The notes below the pieces were generated by a model. It made no database searches and was not told where the DNA came from. It worked only from the letters and a program-made list of their open reading frames with translations. The position numbers and the translations under genes are program-made. A stretch of DNA of 64,000 nt. It comes from Hyphobacterium sp. (GTDB taxonomy: Bacteria; Pseudomonadota; Alphaproteobacteria; Caulobacterales; Maricaulaceae). Of this stretch, positions 1 to 7,773 are shown one piece after another. The stretch's first letter is position 1. Every line of letters starts with the position of its first letter. The stretch is taken from NCBI RefSeq assembly GCF_965228115.1, contig NZ_OZ245794.1:2335926-2399925 (forward strand). The letters run 5' to 3'.

Positions 1-265
1 GGGTCCGGCGCAGCCGCACCAGAGAGCCATCATGCTGGCCAGAATAGACCGCTCCGTCTGGCCCAATCGCAACATCTTCGGACGTTTCCAATAAGGGGTG
101 CCGGATCAGTTCAGCCTCGGCCAGACGGCCCCGCGGCTCCAGCACGCCGGTCATTGCGGGCGGTTCGGGTTCATCCCAATAGGCCGGGTTGATTTGTGCG
201 GGCCAGGCCCACCAGATAACAAACAGCGCGGCGATAAAGCCGCCAATCCAGAATAAAACCCGCAT
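1..265 (-). CDS. N-terminal part of a membrane-anchored strictosidine-synthase-like / SMP-30 (gluconolactonase) family protein; continues past the left edge
   Basis: My own minus-strand translation from ATG at 265 gives MRVLFWIGGFIAALFVIWWAWPAQINPAYWDEPEPPAMTGVLEPRGRLAEAELIRHPLLETSEDVAIGPDGAVYSGQHDGSLVRLRRT. It has a TM helix, then a GPDG..Y.G..DG pattern typical of the family. A GGGAGGG Shine-Dalgarno lies about 5 nt upstream. It is missing from the ORF track because it is open at the edge. Confidence 0.5.
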   Translation of the reverse strand, partial: MRVLFWIGGFIAALFVIWWAWPAQINPAYWDEPEPPAMTGVLEPRGRLAEAELIRHPLLETSEDVAIGPDGAVYSGQHDGSLVRLRRT

Positions 266-414
266 GACATCCCTCCCTTGCGTCAAACGCTAGCGCGAAG
301 CGCCACGCCAAGGAAGCCACGCATTATTGTGGGAAATCGTGCAGGGATGAGTCGGCGCATCCGGCGAATCTGATAGAAAGCCGACATCAAATTCCCAGCC
401 TGGAAAGGGCCGCC

Positions 415-2394
415 ATGACGCCGCTGGACCTCAACACGTTGAAACCCATGGCGAATGCCATTCGGGCGCTGTCCATGGACTCCGTCGAACAGGCTAAATC
501 CGGCCATCCCGGCATGCCGATGGGCATGGCGGATACGGCGACCGTGTTGTGGTCCCGGCATCTGAAACACGACCCTGCAGACCCCGACTGGCACGACCGC
601 GACCGTTTCGTTTTGTCCGCAGGGCACGGCTCCATGCTGATCTATTCGCTTCTGCATCTGGCCGGCTATCCGGGGATGACTCTCGATCAGATCCGCGATT
701 TCCGCCAGCTGGGCTCCACCACGCCGGGCCATCCCGAGTTTGGTCACACGCCGGGCGTAGAGACGACGACCGGCCCGCTGGGGCAGGGAATCTCGACGGC
801 GGTCGGCATGGCGTTGGCCGAACGCTTGTTGAACGCGCGTTTCGGCGATGATCTGGTGGATCACCACACCTGGGTGATTGCGTCCGATGGCGATCTTCAG
901 GAAGGCATTTCACACGAAGCGATTTCGCTGGCGGGGCATTTGAAACTCAACCGGCTGATTGTCCTCTGGGATGACAATTCCATCCAGATTGACGGGGATA
1001 CCGACCTTGCAGAGAGCAGCCATACGCTCAAACGCTTTGAGGCCGCAGGTTGGACGACGGACACGGTTGATGGTCATGATATGGAGGCGGTGGATGCGGC
1101 CCTGAGCAACGCCAAGTCATCCGCAAAACCGGTCCTGATCGCGTGTAAAACCATTATCGGCTTTGGCGCGCCGACAAAGTCGGGATCTGCCTCAAGTCAT
1201 GGAGCGCCCTTGGGCCGCGATGAATTGATCGGCGCCAAAAAGGCCCTCGATTGGCCCCATGGGGCCTTTGAAGTGCCGGAAGATATCCGCACGAACTGGC
1301 TTGCCGCCACCGAGGCCGGCAAAGCCGCCCGGAAAGACTGGACGGCGCGCTATGAAAGCTCGTCCCGGCGGAAAGAGTTTGATCAGGCCTTTGAAGGCGG
1401 ATTGCCAGTCGAGGCGGCCAAAGCCTTGTCCGATTGGCGTTATGAGGTCGCGGCGGAAAAGCCTGACCTTGCCAGTCGGGCGGCTTCCGGCAAAACACTG
1501 GAACATATCGTGCCGGTGATGCGCGAGCTGGTGGGCGGATCGGCCGATTTGTCCGGCTCCAATAACACAAAAACCCCAAATCAGGGCGTTATCCAGGCCG
1601 ATGCCTATTCCGGTCAGTACATCCATTATGGCGTTCGTGAACATGGCATGGCGGCCTGTGCCAATGGATTGTCCTTGCATGGCGGGGTGCGGCCCTATAT
1701 CGGCACCTTTTTAGTGTTTGCCGATTATTGCCGGCCTTCGATTCGCCTGGCCGCGCTGATGAATCAGCCGGTCACTTACGTCTTCACGCACGATTCCATC
1801 GGGCTCGGAGAGGACGGCCCGACCCACCAGCCGGTTGAACATCTGGCGTCCTTGCGCGCGATGCCGAATTTGCGGGTTTTCCGTCCGGGCGATGCCCTGG
1901 AAGTTGCGGAATGCTGGGAGATGGCACTGGCGCACAAAACCGGGCCGAGCCTGCTTGCTCTGTCGCGTCAGAAACTGCCCTTTGTGCGCCAGGATGATGG
2001 CCGCGATAACAAGTCGGAATGGGGCGGCTATGTGCTCCGCGATGCGCCGGAGGCAAAAGCCGTTATTCTTGCCACCGGGTCAGAAGTCAGCCTGGCGGTG
2101 GAGGCTTTCGACCGGCTGGCAGAGATGCGCATTCCGGTCCGGGTCGTCTCGGTGCCCTGTCTCGATCTCTTTCTGGAGGAGGACAAAGCCTATCTTGATG
2201 AGGTTCTGCCCGAAGGCCTGCCGCGGATCGCAGTCGAAGCCGGAATCCGGCAAGGATGGGACGCGATTATCGGGCGCGAAGGCGGCTTTATCGGCATGAC
2301 CGGATTCGGTGCTTCAGCGCCCGCCGAAGCGCTCTATGAGCATTTCGGCATAACCGTCGAAGCGGTGATTGAGGCTGTGAAAGCGCGGGTCTAG
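415..2394 (+). CDS. tkt: Transketolase
   Basis: 659-aa ORF. AKSGHPGMPMGMAD, SAGHGSMLIYSLLHLAGY and GEDGPTHQPVEHLASLRAMPN are canonical transketolase motifs. Confidence 0.97.
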   Translation: MTPLDLNTLKPMANAIRALSMDSVEQAKSGHPGMPMGMADTATVLWSRHLKHDPADPDWHDRDRFVLSAGHGSMLIYSLLHLAGYPGMTLDQIRDFRQLGSTTPGHPEFGHTPGVETTTGPLGQGISTAVGMALAERLLNARFGDDLVDHHTWVIASDGDLQEGISHEAISLAGHLKLNRLIVLWDDNSIQIDGDTDLAESSHTLKRFEAAGWTTDTVDGHDMEAVDAALSNAKSSAKPVLIACKTIIGFGAPTKSGSASSHGAPLGRDELIGAKKALDWPHGAFEVPEDIRTNWLAATEAGKAARKDWTARYESSSRRKEFDQAFEGGLPVEAAKALSDWRYEVAAEKPDLASRAASGKTLEHIVPVMRELVGGSADLSGSNNTKTPNQGVIQADAYSGQYIHYGVREHGMAACANGLSLHGGVRPYIGTFLVFADYCRPSIRLAALMNQPVTYVFTHDSIGLGEDGPTHQPVEHLASLRAMPNLRVFRPGDALEVAECWEMALAHKTGPSLLALSRQKLPFVRQDDGRDNKSEWGGYVLRDAPEAKAVILATGSEVSLAVEAFDRLAEMRIPVRVVSVPCLDLFLEEDKAYLDEVLPEGLPRIAVEAGIRQGWDAIIGREGGFIGMTGFGASAPAEALYEHFGITVEAVIEAVKARV

Positions 2395-3575
2395 CCCGCT
2401 ATTTCCACAATTCCGAATCCGAATAATTGATCTATCGCTTTCTGTGCGGTCTCGTCATCGGTGTTGAATACCGACCGGTCGAAGACCCCTCCATCAAGGA
2501 TTTTGTCGAGACCCGGTTCCAGCGCAGCCGGGAAGGTCAACTCTCCTCCGGCAGTGATCATCACCAGCTGATCCCCATCCCCGGCCAATCGCCAGGGAAT
2601 GAAGGGCCGCAGCTTGAATTTCGCCTTGGCATCATAGCGCGCCGCGCGCTTGGTGATCGCGCCCTCTGAATATGCGGGCCGGGACCGGATGAAATTGTCG
2701 ATATAGATGTCCAGCGCATTATCGAGGCTGGCATGATCTGAAATCTTGCTGATCAGCTTGGCAAAATGGGCTTTGGCGGCACCCCGGTCATAGTCGGCCC
2801 GTGCAAAGCCGACCGGCAGGGTTTCACGGAATTCCTTGTGGCTCAGCGCCACTTCAGAAACCGCCTCCAGCATCAGATCGGCCCAGGTTTTGACGATCAG
2901 CCCCACCGTGATGTGCAGGCTGTCCCCTGTCCCCTGTGTTCGCGCATCATGCATCAGACCGCGCGGCACATAAGCCATTTCGCCGGCTTTCAGGACAAAT
3001 TCTTCCACCAGCTCGCCGGGGATGTCGCGTTGGCTGTTAAAGCCTTCGCCGCGATAGGGCTTGTCGACCGTCTGGTCATACAGCCGCCACAGCTTTTCGC
3101 CTTCGATTTGCAATACGAAGACATCGTGATCGTCATAATGCGTCCGGAAACCCTGATTGTTCGGCGGTGTCAGATAGATGTTGGTCTGAACGTGCACGCT
3201 GAGTTCTGCTTCGAGCGCGCGGCAGAATGTTTTCAACCCGCTTTCATGCTGGTGCAGTTGCGGCAGGATCAGGGTTGCACCTTCCTGATAGAGCTTGCCG
3301 ACGGCGCCGCGGTCCGCAAAACCTGATTCCAGAATGAAATCATCCCTGTTCAGTGGCGGATCTGCCCGCGCCATATCCAGGTTGTCGCCGTGCAGGTCCC
3401 GCCCGGAAAGCAAATCGTCGATCTTCGTGATCGAGAGCAGATCGCTGTAACGGTCTGGCTCATCGCGGTGAACGATCAGCGCTTTCTGCTCGAAATACCG
3501 TTCGAAAAAATCCGGCTTGAGTGATGGCCCGATTATGAAATCGAGCACATCCTCACCCCACGCAAAAGCGCTCAT
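2391..3575 (-). CDS. Cupin-4 / JmjC-type Fe(II)/2-oxoglutarate oxygenase of the ribosomal-oxygenase (YcfD/RoxA-like) family
   Basis: 394 aa. GFRTHYDDHDVFVLQIEGEKLWRLY (His-x-Asp plus the DVF.Q..G.K.W strand) and the later PRGLMHDA His match the facial-triad layout of YcfD-type cupins. Its stop shares a CTAG with the convergent tkt stop. It lies 27 nt downstream of the repeat-protein gene on the same strand. Confidence 0.8.
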   Translation of the reverse strand: MSAFAWGEDVLDFIIGPSLKPDFFERYFEQKALIVHRDEPDRYSDLLSITKIDDLLSGRDLHGDNLDMARADPPLNRDDFILESGFADRGAVGKLYQEGATLILPQLHQHESGLKTFCRALEAELSVHVQTNIYLTPPNNQGFRTHYDDHDVFVLQIEGEKLWRLYDQTVDKPYRGEGFNSQRDIPGELVEEFVLKAGEMAYVPRGLMHDARTQGTGDSLHITVGLIVKTWADLMLEAVSEVALSHKEFRETLPVGFARADYDRGAAKAHFAKLISKISDHASLDNALDIYIDNFIRSRPAYSEGAITKRAARYDAKAKFKLRPFIPWRLAGDGDQLVMITAGGELTFPAALEPGLDKILDGGVFDRSVFNTDDETAQKAIDQLFGFGIVEIAG

Positions 3576-3602
3576 CTTGTTATTCTACTCCGTTCCGCCG
3601 GA

Positions 3603-4088
3603 CTAGCAGCGCCGTCCGCGACCGACCGGATCGGCATAACTGCCGCCATCACTATCGGTGCAATTGCGCCGCCGCCGTCCGCCGCGGCCATTGCCGACCG
3701 GGTCCGCATAAGCGCCCGTATCACTGTCCGTTATACCGGAATTTCGTCCACCCCGACGTCCGCCCCGGCCGTTTCCAACCGGATCGGCATAGGACCCGCT
3801 ATCGCGGTCCGTGATGCCGGAGCCGCCACCCCGGCGGCCACCGCGGCCATTGCCGACCGGGTCTGCGTAAGAGCCGGTGTCACTGTCGGTAATGCCGCTT
3901 CGGTATCCGCCGCCTCCGCGGCCATATCCGGCTGGATCCGCATAAGATCCGACGTCCGAATCCGTAACGCCGGTATAGGCGCCCGTGGTGGTGCAGCCGG
4001 TAACGGCAGCAGCCGCCGTGCCTGTCAGGCCGACGCCTGCCACCTTGGTCAGAAATGAACGCCGGCTAAGTTTGCCCTTCTTGGCCAT
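3603..4088 (-). CDS. Tat-signal lipoprotein consisting of five TDSDxGxYADPxGxGR(GG) repeats
   Basis: 161 aa. MAKKGKLSRRSFLTKVAG matches the S-R-R-x-F-L-K Tat consensus. AVTGC is a lipobox-like cleavage site. The rest is 5 copies of TDSD(V/T/G)GSYADP(A/V)G(Y/N/R)GRGG.. and ends ..RRNC-TDSDGGSYADPVGRGRRC. A GGAGG SD lies upstream of the ATG. Confidence 0.75.
   Translation of the reverse strand: MAKKGKLSRRSFLTKVAGVGLTGTAAAAVTGCTTTGAYTGVTDSDVGSYADPAGYGRGGGGYRSGITDSDTGSYADPVGNGRGGRRGGGSGITDRDSGSYADPVGNGRGGRRGGRNSGITDSDTGAYADPVGNGRGGRRRRNCTDSDGGSYADPVGRGRRC
3606..3965 (-). repeat. In-frame tandem coding repeats (5 units of 18-27 codons) of the TDSDxGxYADPxGxGR motif
   Basis: Read directly from the translated ORF, residues 42-161. 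Confidence 0.8.
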
Positions 4089-4136
4089 GCCATGCCTCCA
4101 GGAATGAAAATCCCTCGCGTTTCAGATATCCTTCGC

Positions 4137-4556
4137 CTAACAGCGCCGGCCACGGCCCGCCGGGTCAGCATAGGTGCCCCCATCGGAATCCGTGCAACGA
4201 CGGCCGCCGCGGCCATTGCCGACCGGGTCCGCATAGGATCCGGTGTCGCTGTCGGTCACACCGCTGCGGCCTCGGCCGTTGCCTACAGGATCGTTCGGAT
4301 CACTGTCGGTCACGCCGCTGCGGCTACCCCGGCCATATCCAGCGCGGTCAGCATTGCTGCCGCCATCGCTATCCGTGCGGCCTGTACGTCCGTAACCGAC
4401 CCGGTCCGCATAGCGGCCGGTATCAGAATCCGTATTGCCGGTATAATTCTGCGCCTGAGCGCCGCCCGTCACCACGCCAGCCGCACCGGCTGCCATGCCT
4501 GCACCCGCGACGCGGGTCAGAAAGGAACGGCGGCTTAGTTTGCCTTTTTTGGCCAT
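4137..4556 (-). CDS. Tat-signal secreted paralogue with five TDSDxGxxADxxGxGR repeats
   Basis: Start moved to the internal ATG at 4556 (GGGGAG SD upstream), giving 139 aa. MAKKGKLSRRSFLTRVAG is nearly identical to the N-terminus of the neighbouring gene. AQA-QN is a signal-peptidase-I-like site. The C-terminus ..GRRC-TDSDGGTYADPAGRGRRC is the same Cys-bracketed last repeat. Confidence 0.75.
   Translation of the reverse strand: MAKKGKLSRRSFLTRVAGAGMAAGAAGVVTGGAQAQNYTGNTDSDTGRYADRVGYGRTGRTDSDGGSNADRAGYGRGSRSGVTDSDPNDPVGNGRGRSGVTDSDTGSYADPVGNGRGGRRCTDSDGGTYADPAGRGRRC
4140..4433 (-). repeat. In-frame tandem coding repeats (5 units, one truncated) of the TDSDxGxxADxxGxGR motif
   Basis: Read directly from the translated ORF, residues 42-139. 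Confidence 0.8.
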
Positions 4557-4643
4557 GAGTTCATCTCCCCTGAACTGCCATCCGGCATAACGCCGGTAAA
4601 CTCCCTCACCGAAACTGTGGCAATTCCGACCGCACGCGTCAAA

Positions 4644-4663
4644 TGCAAATCCAAGAATTTGCA
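4644..4663. promoter_or_regulatory. Perfect 7-6-7 inverted repeat TGCAAAT-ccaaga-ATTTGCA (candidate operator)
   Basis: Read directly from the sequence. It lies about 90-105 nt upstream of the repeat-protein start codon (4556), in the divergent spacer shared with ruvC. Confidence 0.35.
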
Positions 4664-4694
4664 AAGAAAACAGGCAAAATGCGCCGACTTTACT

Positions 4695-4713
4695 TTAACT
4701 GATAATCATTCTC
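4695..4713. promoter_or_regulatory. Fur-box-like site 1 (ttaacTGATAATCATTcTC)
   Basis: 14/19 matches to the classical GATAATGATAATCATTATC Fur consensus. The 15-mer TGATAATCATTCTCA recurs exactly at 4762-4776. Confidence 0.5.
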
Positions 4714-4756
4714 ACAGAATTGATCGCAGAAGGCGGGAAAGGCGCGGTAAAGGTGA

Positions 4757-4775
4757 AGTAATGATAATCATTCTC
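4757..4775. promoter_or_regulatory. Fur-box-like site 2 (agTAATGATAATCATTcTC)
   Basis: 16/19 matches to GATAATGATAATCATTATC. It is the second copy of the exact 15-mer direct repeat, 62 nt from the first. Confidence 0.6.
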
Positions 4776-4803
4776 AGAAAACCGGCGCAGCCGGGGAGTG
4801 GGC

Positions 4804-5334
4804 ATGCGCGCAATCGCGTCTAGACTGGCGACAATGAGCGCGCCGATTCGCATTCTCGGGATTGATCCCGGCCTCCGCCATACCGGCTGGGGCGTCATTT
4901 CCGTGGACGGCTCCCGGCTCGGCCTCGTGGCAGAGGGGCGGATTTCCCCCAAAACCGATCAAGCCTTGTCAGAGCGCTTGATGGATATCCATGCCGCGCT
5001 GGAAACCTTGATCTCGCAGTATCGCCCCAACGAAGCGGCGGCAGAGGAAACCTTCATGGCCAGTAATGCTGCCAGCGCGTTGAAGCTTGGCCATGCACGG
5101 GCGGCCGCGCTGCTGGCGCCGGCCCGGGCGGGACTGCCGGTGGCGGAATATGCCGCGCGGCTGGTGAAGAAATCTGTCGTCGGCACGGGCGGCGCGGACA
5201 AGGCGCAAGTCTCAGCCATGATCGGCGTACTCCTGCCCGGATGTAAGGCAAAAGACGATGCTGCGGATGCCTTGGCGGTCGCCATTTGCCATGCCCATCA
5301 TCGCAAGAGCCAGTCTCTGGGGGGTGCGGCATGA
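4804..5334 (+). CDS. ruvC: Crossover junction endodeoxyribonuclease RuvC
   Basis: IRILGIDPGLRHTGWGVI and DAADALAVAICHAH are RuvC signatures. I chose ATG 4804 because a GGGGAG SD lies 5 nt upstream. GTG 4798 (the track start) and ATG 4834 are alternatives. Confidence 0.92.
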   Translation: MRAIASRLATMSAPIRILGIDPGLRHTGWGVISVDGSRLGLVAEGRISPKTDQALSERLMDIHAALETLISQYRPNEAAAEETFMASNAASALKLGHARAAALLAPARAGLPVAEYAARLVKKSVVGTGGADKAQVSAMIGVLLPGCKAKDDAADALAVAICHAHHRKSQSLGGAA

Positions 5335-5969
5335 TCGGCAAGCTGCGCGGTAAGGTCGACGCCATTGGCGAAAGCGAAGCCGTCATTGATGTGAACGGCG
5401 TGGGCTATCTGGTCGGAATGGCCGGGCAGACGCTCGCCCGTCTGCAACAGGGCCAGGAGGTCGAGGTCCATATCGAAACCTATGTCCGCGAAGATGCGTT
5501 TAAACTCTGGGGCTTCCTCTCGGAACGTGAACGCGCCTGGTTTGCCCAGTTGCAAACGGTCCAGGGCGTCGGTGCCAAGGCCGCTCTGGCCTTGTTGGAC
5601 GCGCTGGGCGTGGACGAGCTGGAAAGCGCTGCGGCGCTCGGTGATGCCTCCGCCTTTGGAAAGGCCAAAGGCGTCGGGCCAAAACTGGCTGGACGCATCT
5701 CATCTGAATTGAAAGACAAGCCGCCGCCTACGGGCCGGGCGTTTTCGCCGGGCTTTGCGGTCGCCGCCAGTGCGGGGATCGCATCGGCCCCGGCAGAAGA
5801 CGCACCTGCCGCCAACAATCAGGCCCGCGAAGATGCCGTCTCGGCGCTTCTAAATCTCGGCTATGCGGAAACGGACGCCCGCCGCGCAGCCGCCGCAGCC
5901 GCCCGCGCTAATCCAGAGGCCGAAGCCAGCGAGCTGATCCGTCTGGCGTTAAAAGAGCTGGCGAAGTGA
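5331..5969 (+). CDS. ruvA: Holliday junction branch migration complex subunit RuvA
   Basis: MIGKLRGKVDAIGESEAVIDVNGVGYLV is the typical RuvA N-terminus, and HhH motifs are present (VQGVGAKAALALL, AKGVGPKLAGRI). The ATG overlaps the ruvC stop (ATGA). Confidence 0.93.
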   Translation: MIGKLRGKVDAIGESEAVIDVNGVGYLVGMAGQTLARLQQGQEVEVHIETYVREDAFKLWGFLSERERAWFAQLQTVQGVGAKAALALLDALGVDELESAAALGDASAFGKAKGVGPKLAGRISSELKDKPPPTGRAFSPGFAVAASAGIASAPAEDAPAANNQAREDAVSALLNLGYAETDARRAAAAAARANPEAEASELIRLALKELAK

Positions 5970-6745
5970 GGGTGTGGGTCCTGATCCTGGCGCTCTTCGC
6001 CGTGCCTGCCGTCAAGGCGGACGTGACCATCCGCTTCATCGCTAATGAGGGCGTTTACATCACCAATGGCGAGACGGCTGTCTTGATCGATGCACTGGCC
6101 TGGAATTCCTATGACGGGCGCTATGCGCTCGCATCGGATGAAGCTCGCGTCGCCATGATTGCCGGTGATCCGGTCTATGAGAATGTGGTCGCGCTTTTAT
6201 TCACCCATATTCATGGGGATCATTTTGATCCGGAAGGGGCGGCAGAATATCTCCTCGCCCAGTCTGACGGCACGGTCGCGGCCTCGCCGCAGATCACAAA
6301 TGCCATGTTGAATGGACAGATCGAATTATCCCCACAGGACATCCAGCGCATCTTTCCAGTGGAGCTGACGGCGGACGCACCGGGACCCTGGCACCATCCG
6401 ATATTTGATTTCATCGAAGGGGCTTGGATATTTCACCGCGAGGGCGTTGATAATATCACCTGGCATGTCGAGCTCGACGGCATTTCCATCCTTCATCTCG
6501 GCGATACCCAGCCACAAATCGCCGATTTTTCGGTCTGGGATGATACCGAGTTTGATGTCATCCTTTATCCCTACTGGTTTGCACAAATGCCGCCGGGACA
6601 GGCCTTTCTGGAGTCGCGGCCCGAATCCCGCGCCATCGCCTTTCATATTCCCGCCATCGCCACGCCTCTGACCATCCGGGCCGGGCTGGGCGACCGGGAA
6701 TACTTCTTCCAGGAAGGCCAGGAAGTGGTGATCGAAACGCCATGA
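5966..6745 (+). CDS. Secreted metallo-beta-lactamase-fold protein inserted between ruvA and ruvB
   Basis: 259 aa. The N-terminus [18 protein letters not shown] is signal-peptide-like. [10 protein letters not shown] is the HxHxDH motif. The GTG start overlaps the ruvA stop and the stop overlaps the ruvB ATG (ATGA). Confidence 0.7.
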   Translation: MRVWVLILALFAVPAVKADVTIRFIANEGVYITNGETAVLIDALAWNSYDGRYALASDEARVAMIAGDPVYENVVALLFTHIHGDHFDPEGAAEYLLAQSDGTVAASPQITNAMLNGQIELSPQDIQRIFPVELTADAPGPWHHPIFDFIEGAWIFHREGVDNITWHVELDGISILHLGDTQPQIADFSVWDDTEFDVILYPYWFAQMPPGQAFLESRPESRAIAFHIPAIATPLTIRAGLGDREYFFQEGQEVVIETP

Positions 6746-7773
6746 TGGATGATCGCGATATCTCGCCTGAAGCGCGGCCCGAAGACGTCCGCGATAAAGC
6801 GCTGAGGCCTTTGTCTTTTGCGGAATTCGTGGGTCAGCCCGCGGCCATCGCCAATCTGAAAGTATTTGTCGAAGCGGCCAGCCGACGCGAGGAGGCGCTG
6901 GATCATGTGCTTCTTTCCGGCCCTCCGGGGCTGGGCAAAACCACGCTGGCGCAAATCGTTGCGCGCGAATTGTCGGTGAATTTCCGAGCCACTTCAGGGC
7001 CAGTGATTGCCAAGGCGGGGGATCTGGCCGCCATCCTGACCAATCTGGAACCGCGCGATGTGCTCTTCATTGACGAGATCCACCGGCTCGCTCCGGCGGT
7101 CGAGGAAATCCTCTACCCGGCGATGGAGGATTATTGCCTGGATCTGGTGATCGGGGAGGGGCCGTCGGCCCGCACGGTGCGGATCGATCTGCCGCCCTTC
7201 ACGCTGGTGGGCGCCACGACGCGCGCAGGTCTCTTGGCCACGCCTCTGAGAGATCGCTTTGGCGTACCGGTTCGGCTGGAATTTTACGATACGGATGAGC
7301 TTGCCGGGATTGTCGCCCGCGCAGGCGGCAAGCTGGGCCTTTCCATGACCGAAGATGGTGCGCGTGAGATTGCGCGCCGGGCGCGGGGAACCCCGCGTGT
7401 CGCCTCCCGCCTGTTGCGCCGGGTCCGCGATTTTGTCGAAGCTGATGGCAAGAATGAAATCGACGCCAGCTCGGCCGATATCGCGCTGAAACGTCTGGAG
7501 GTCGATGAGATCGGCCTTGATAGTCTCGACCGGCGCTACCTGACCGCGCTGACCGGGCATTTTGCCGGTGGACCGGTGGGCTTGGATACGCTGGCCGCTG
7601 CGCTCGCAGAAGCGCGCGATGCGCTGGAAGATGTGGTCGAACCCTTCCTCATCCAACAAGGCTTTATCCAGCGCACACCCAGAGGCCGCGTCGCAGCGGC
7701 GCGGGCCTGGTCGCATTTGGGATTAGATGCCCCCCAAACTGCGCAAACGGGTCTGTTTGATGAGGGCAAGTAA
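6742..7773 (+). CDS. ruvB: Holliday junction DNA helicase RuvB
   Basis: Walker [12 protein letters not shown], Walker B FIDEIHRL, and the conserved RuvB C-terminal winged helix ([17 protein letters not shown]). Confidence 0.97.
   Translation: MMDDRDISPEARPEDVRDKALRPLSFAEFVGQPAAIANLKVFVEAASRREEALDHVLLSGPPGLGKTTLAQIVARELSVNFRATSGPVIAKAGDLAAILTNLEPRDVLFIDEIHRLAPAVEEILYPAMEDYCLDLVIGEGPSARTVRIDLPPFTLVGATTRAGLLATPLRDRFGVPVRLEFYDTDELAGIVARAGGKLGLSMTEDGAREIARRARGTPRVASRLLRRVRDFVEADGKNEIDASSADIALKRLEVDEIGLDSLDRRYLTALTGHFAGGPVGLDTLAAALAEARDALEDVVEPFLIQQGFIQRTPRGRVAAARAWSHLGLDAPQTAQTGLFDEGK

Noticed and set aside
2391-2394. tkt and the oxygenase gene share a palindromic CTAG as their two convergent stop codons. 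Similar convergent overlaps occur at folP/ArnT-like (18962..18978), thiD/EamA and beta-lactamase/acyltransferase.
   Set aside because: These are compact-genome coincidences with no evidence of function.
3603-4556. The periodic DNA repeats could be mistaken for a CRISPR-like or satellite array, and the + strand ORF 4092..4538 (148 aa) for a gene.
   Set aside because: The repeats are in-frame coding units of variable length with no unique spacers. The minus-strand products have SDs, Tat signals and a conserved motif, whereas the + strand ORF is an Ala/Arg/Ile-rich mirror product.
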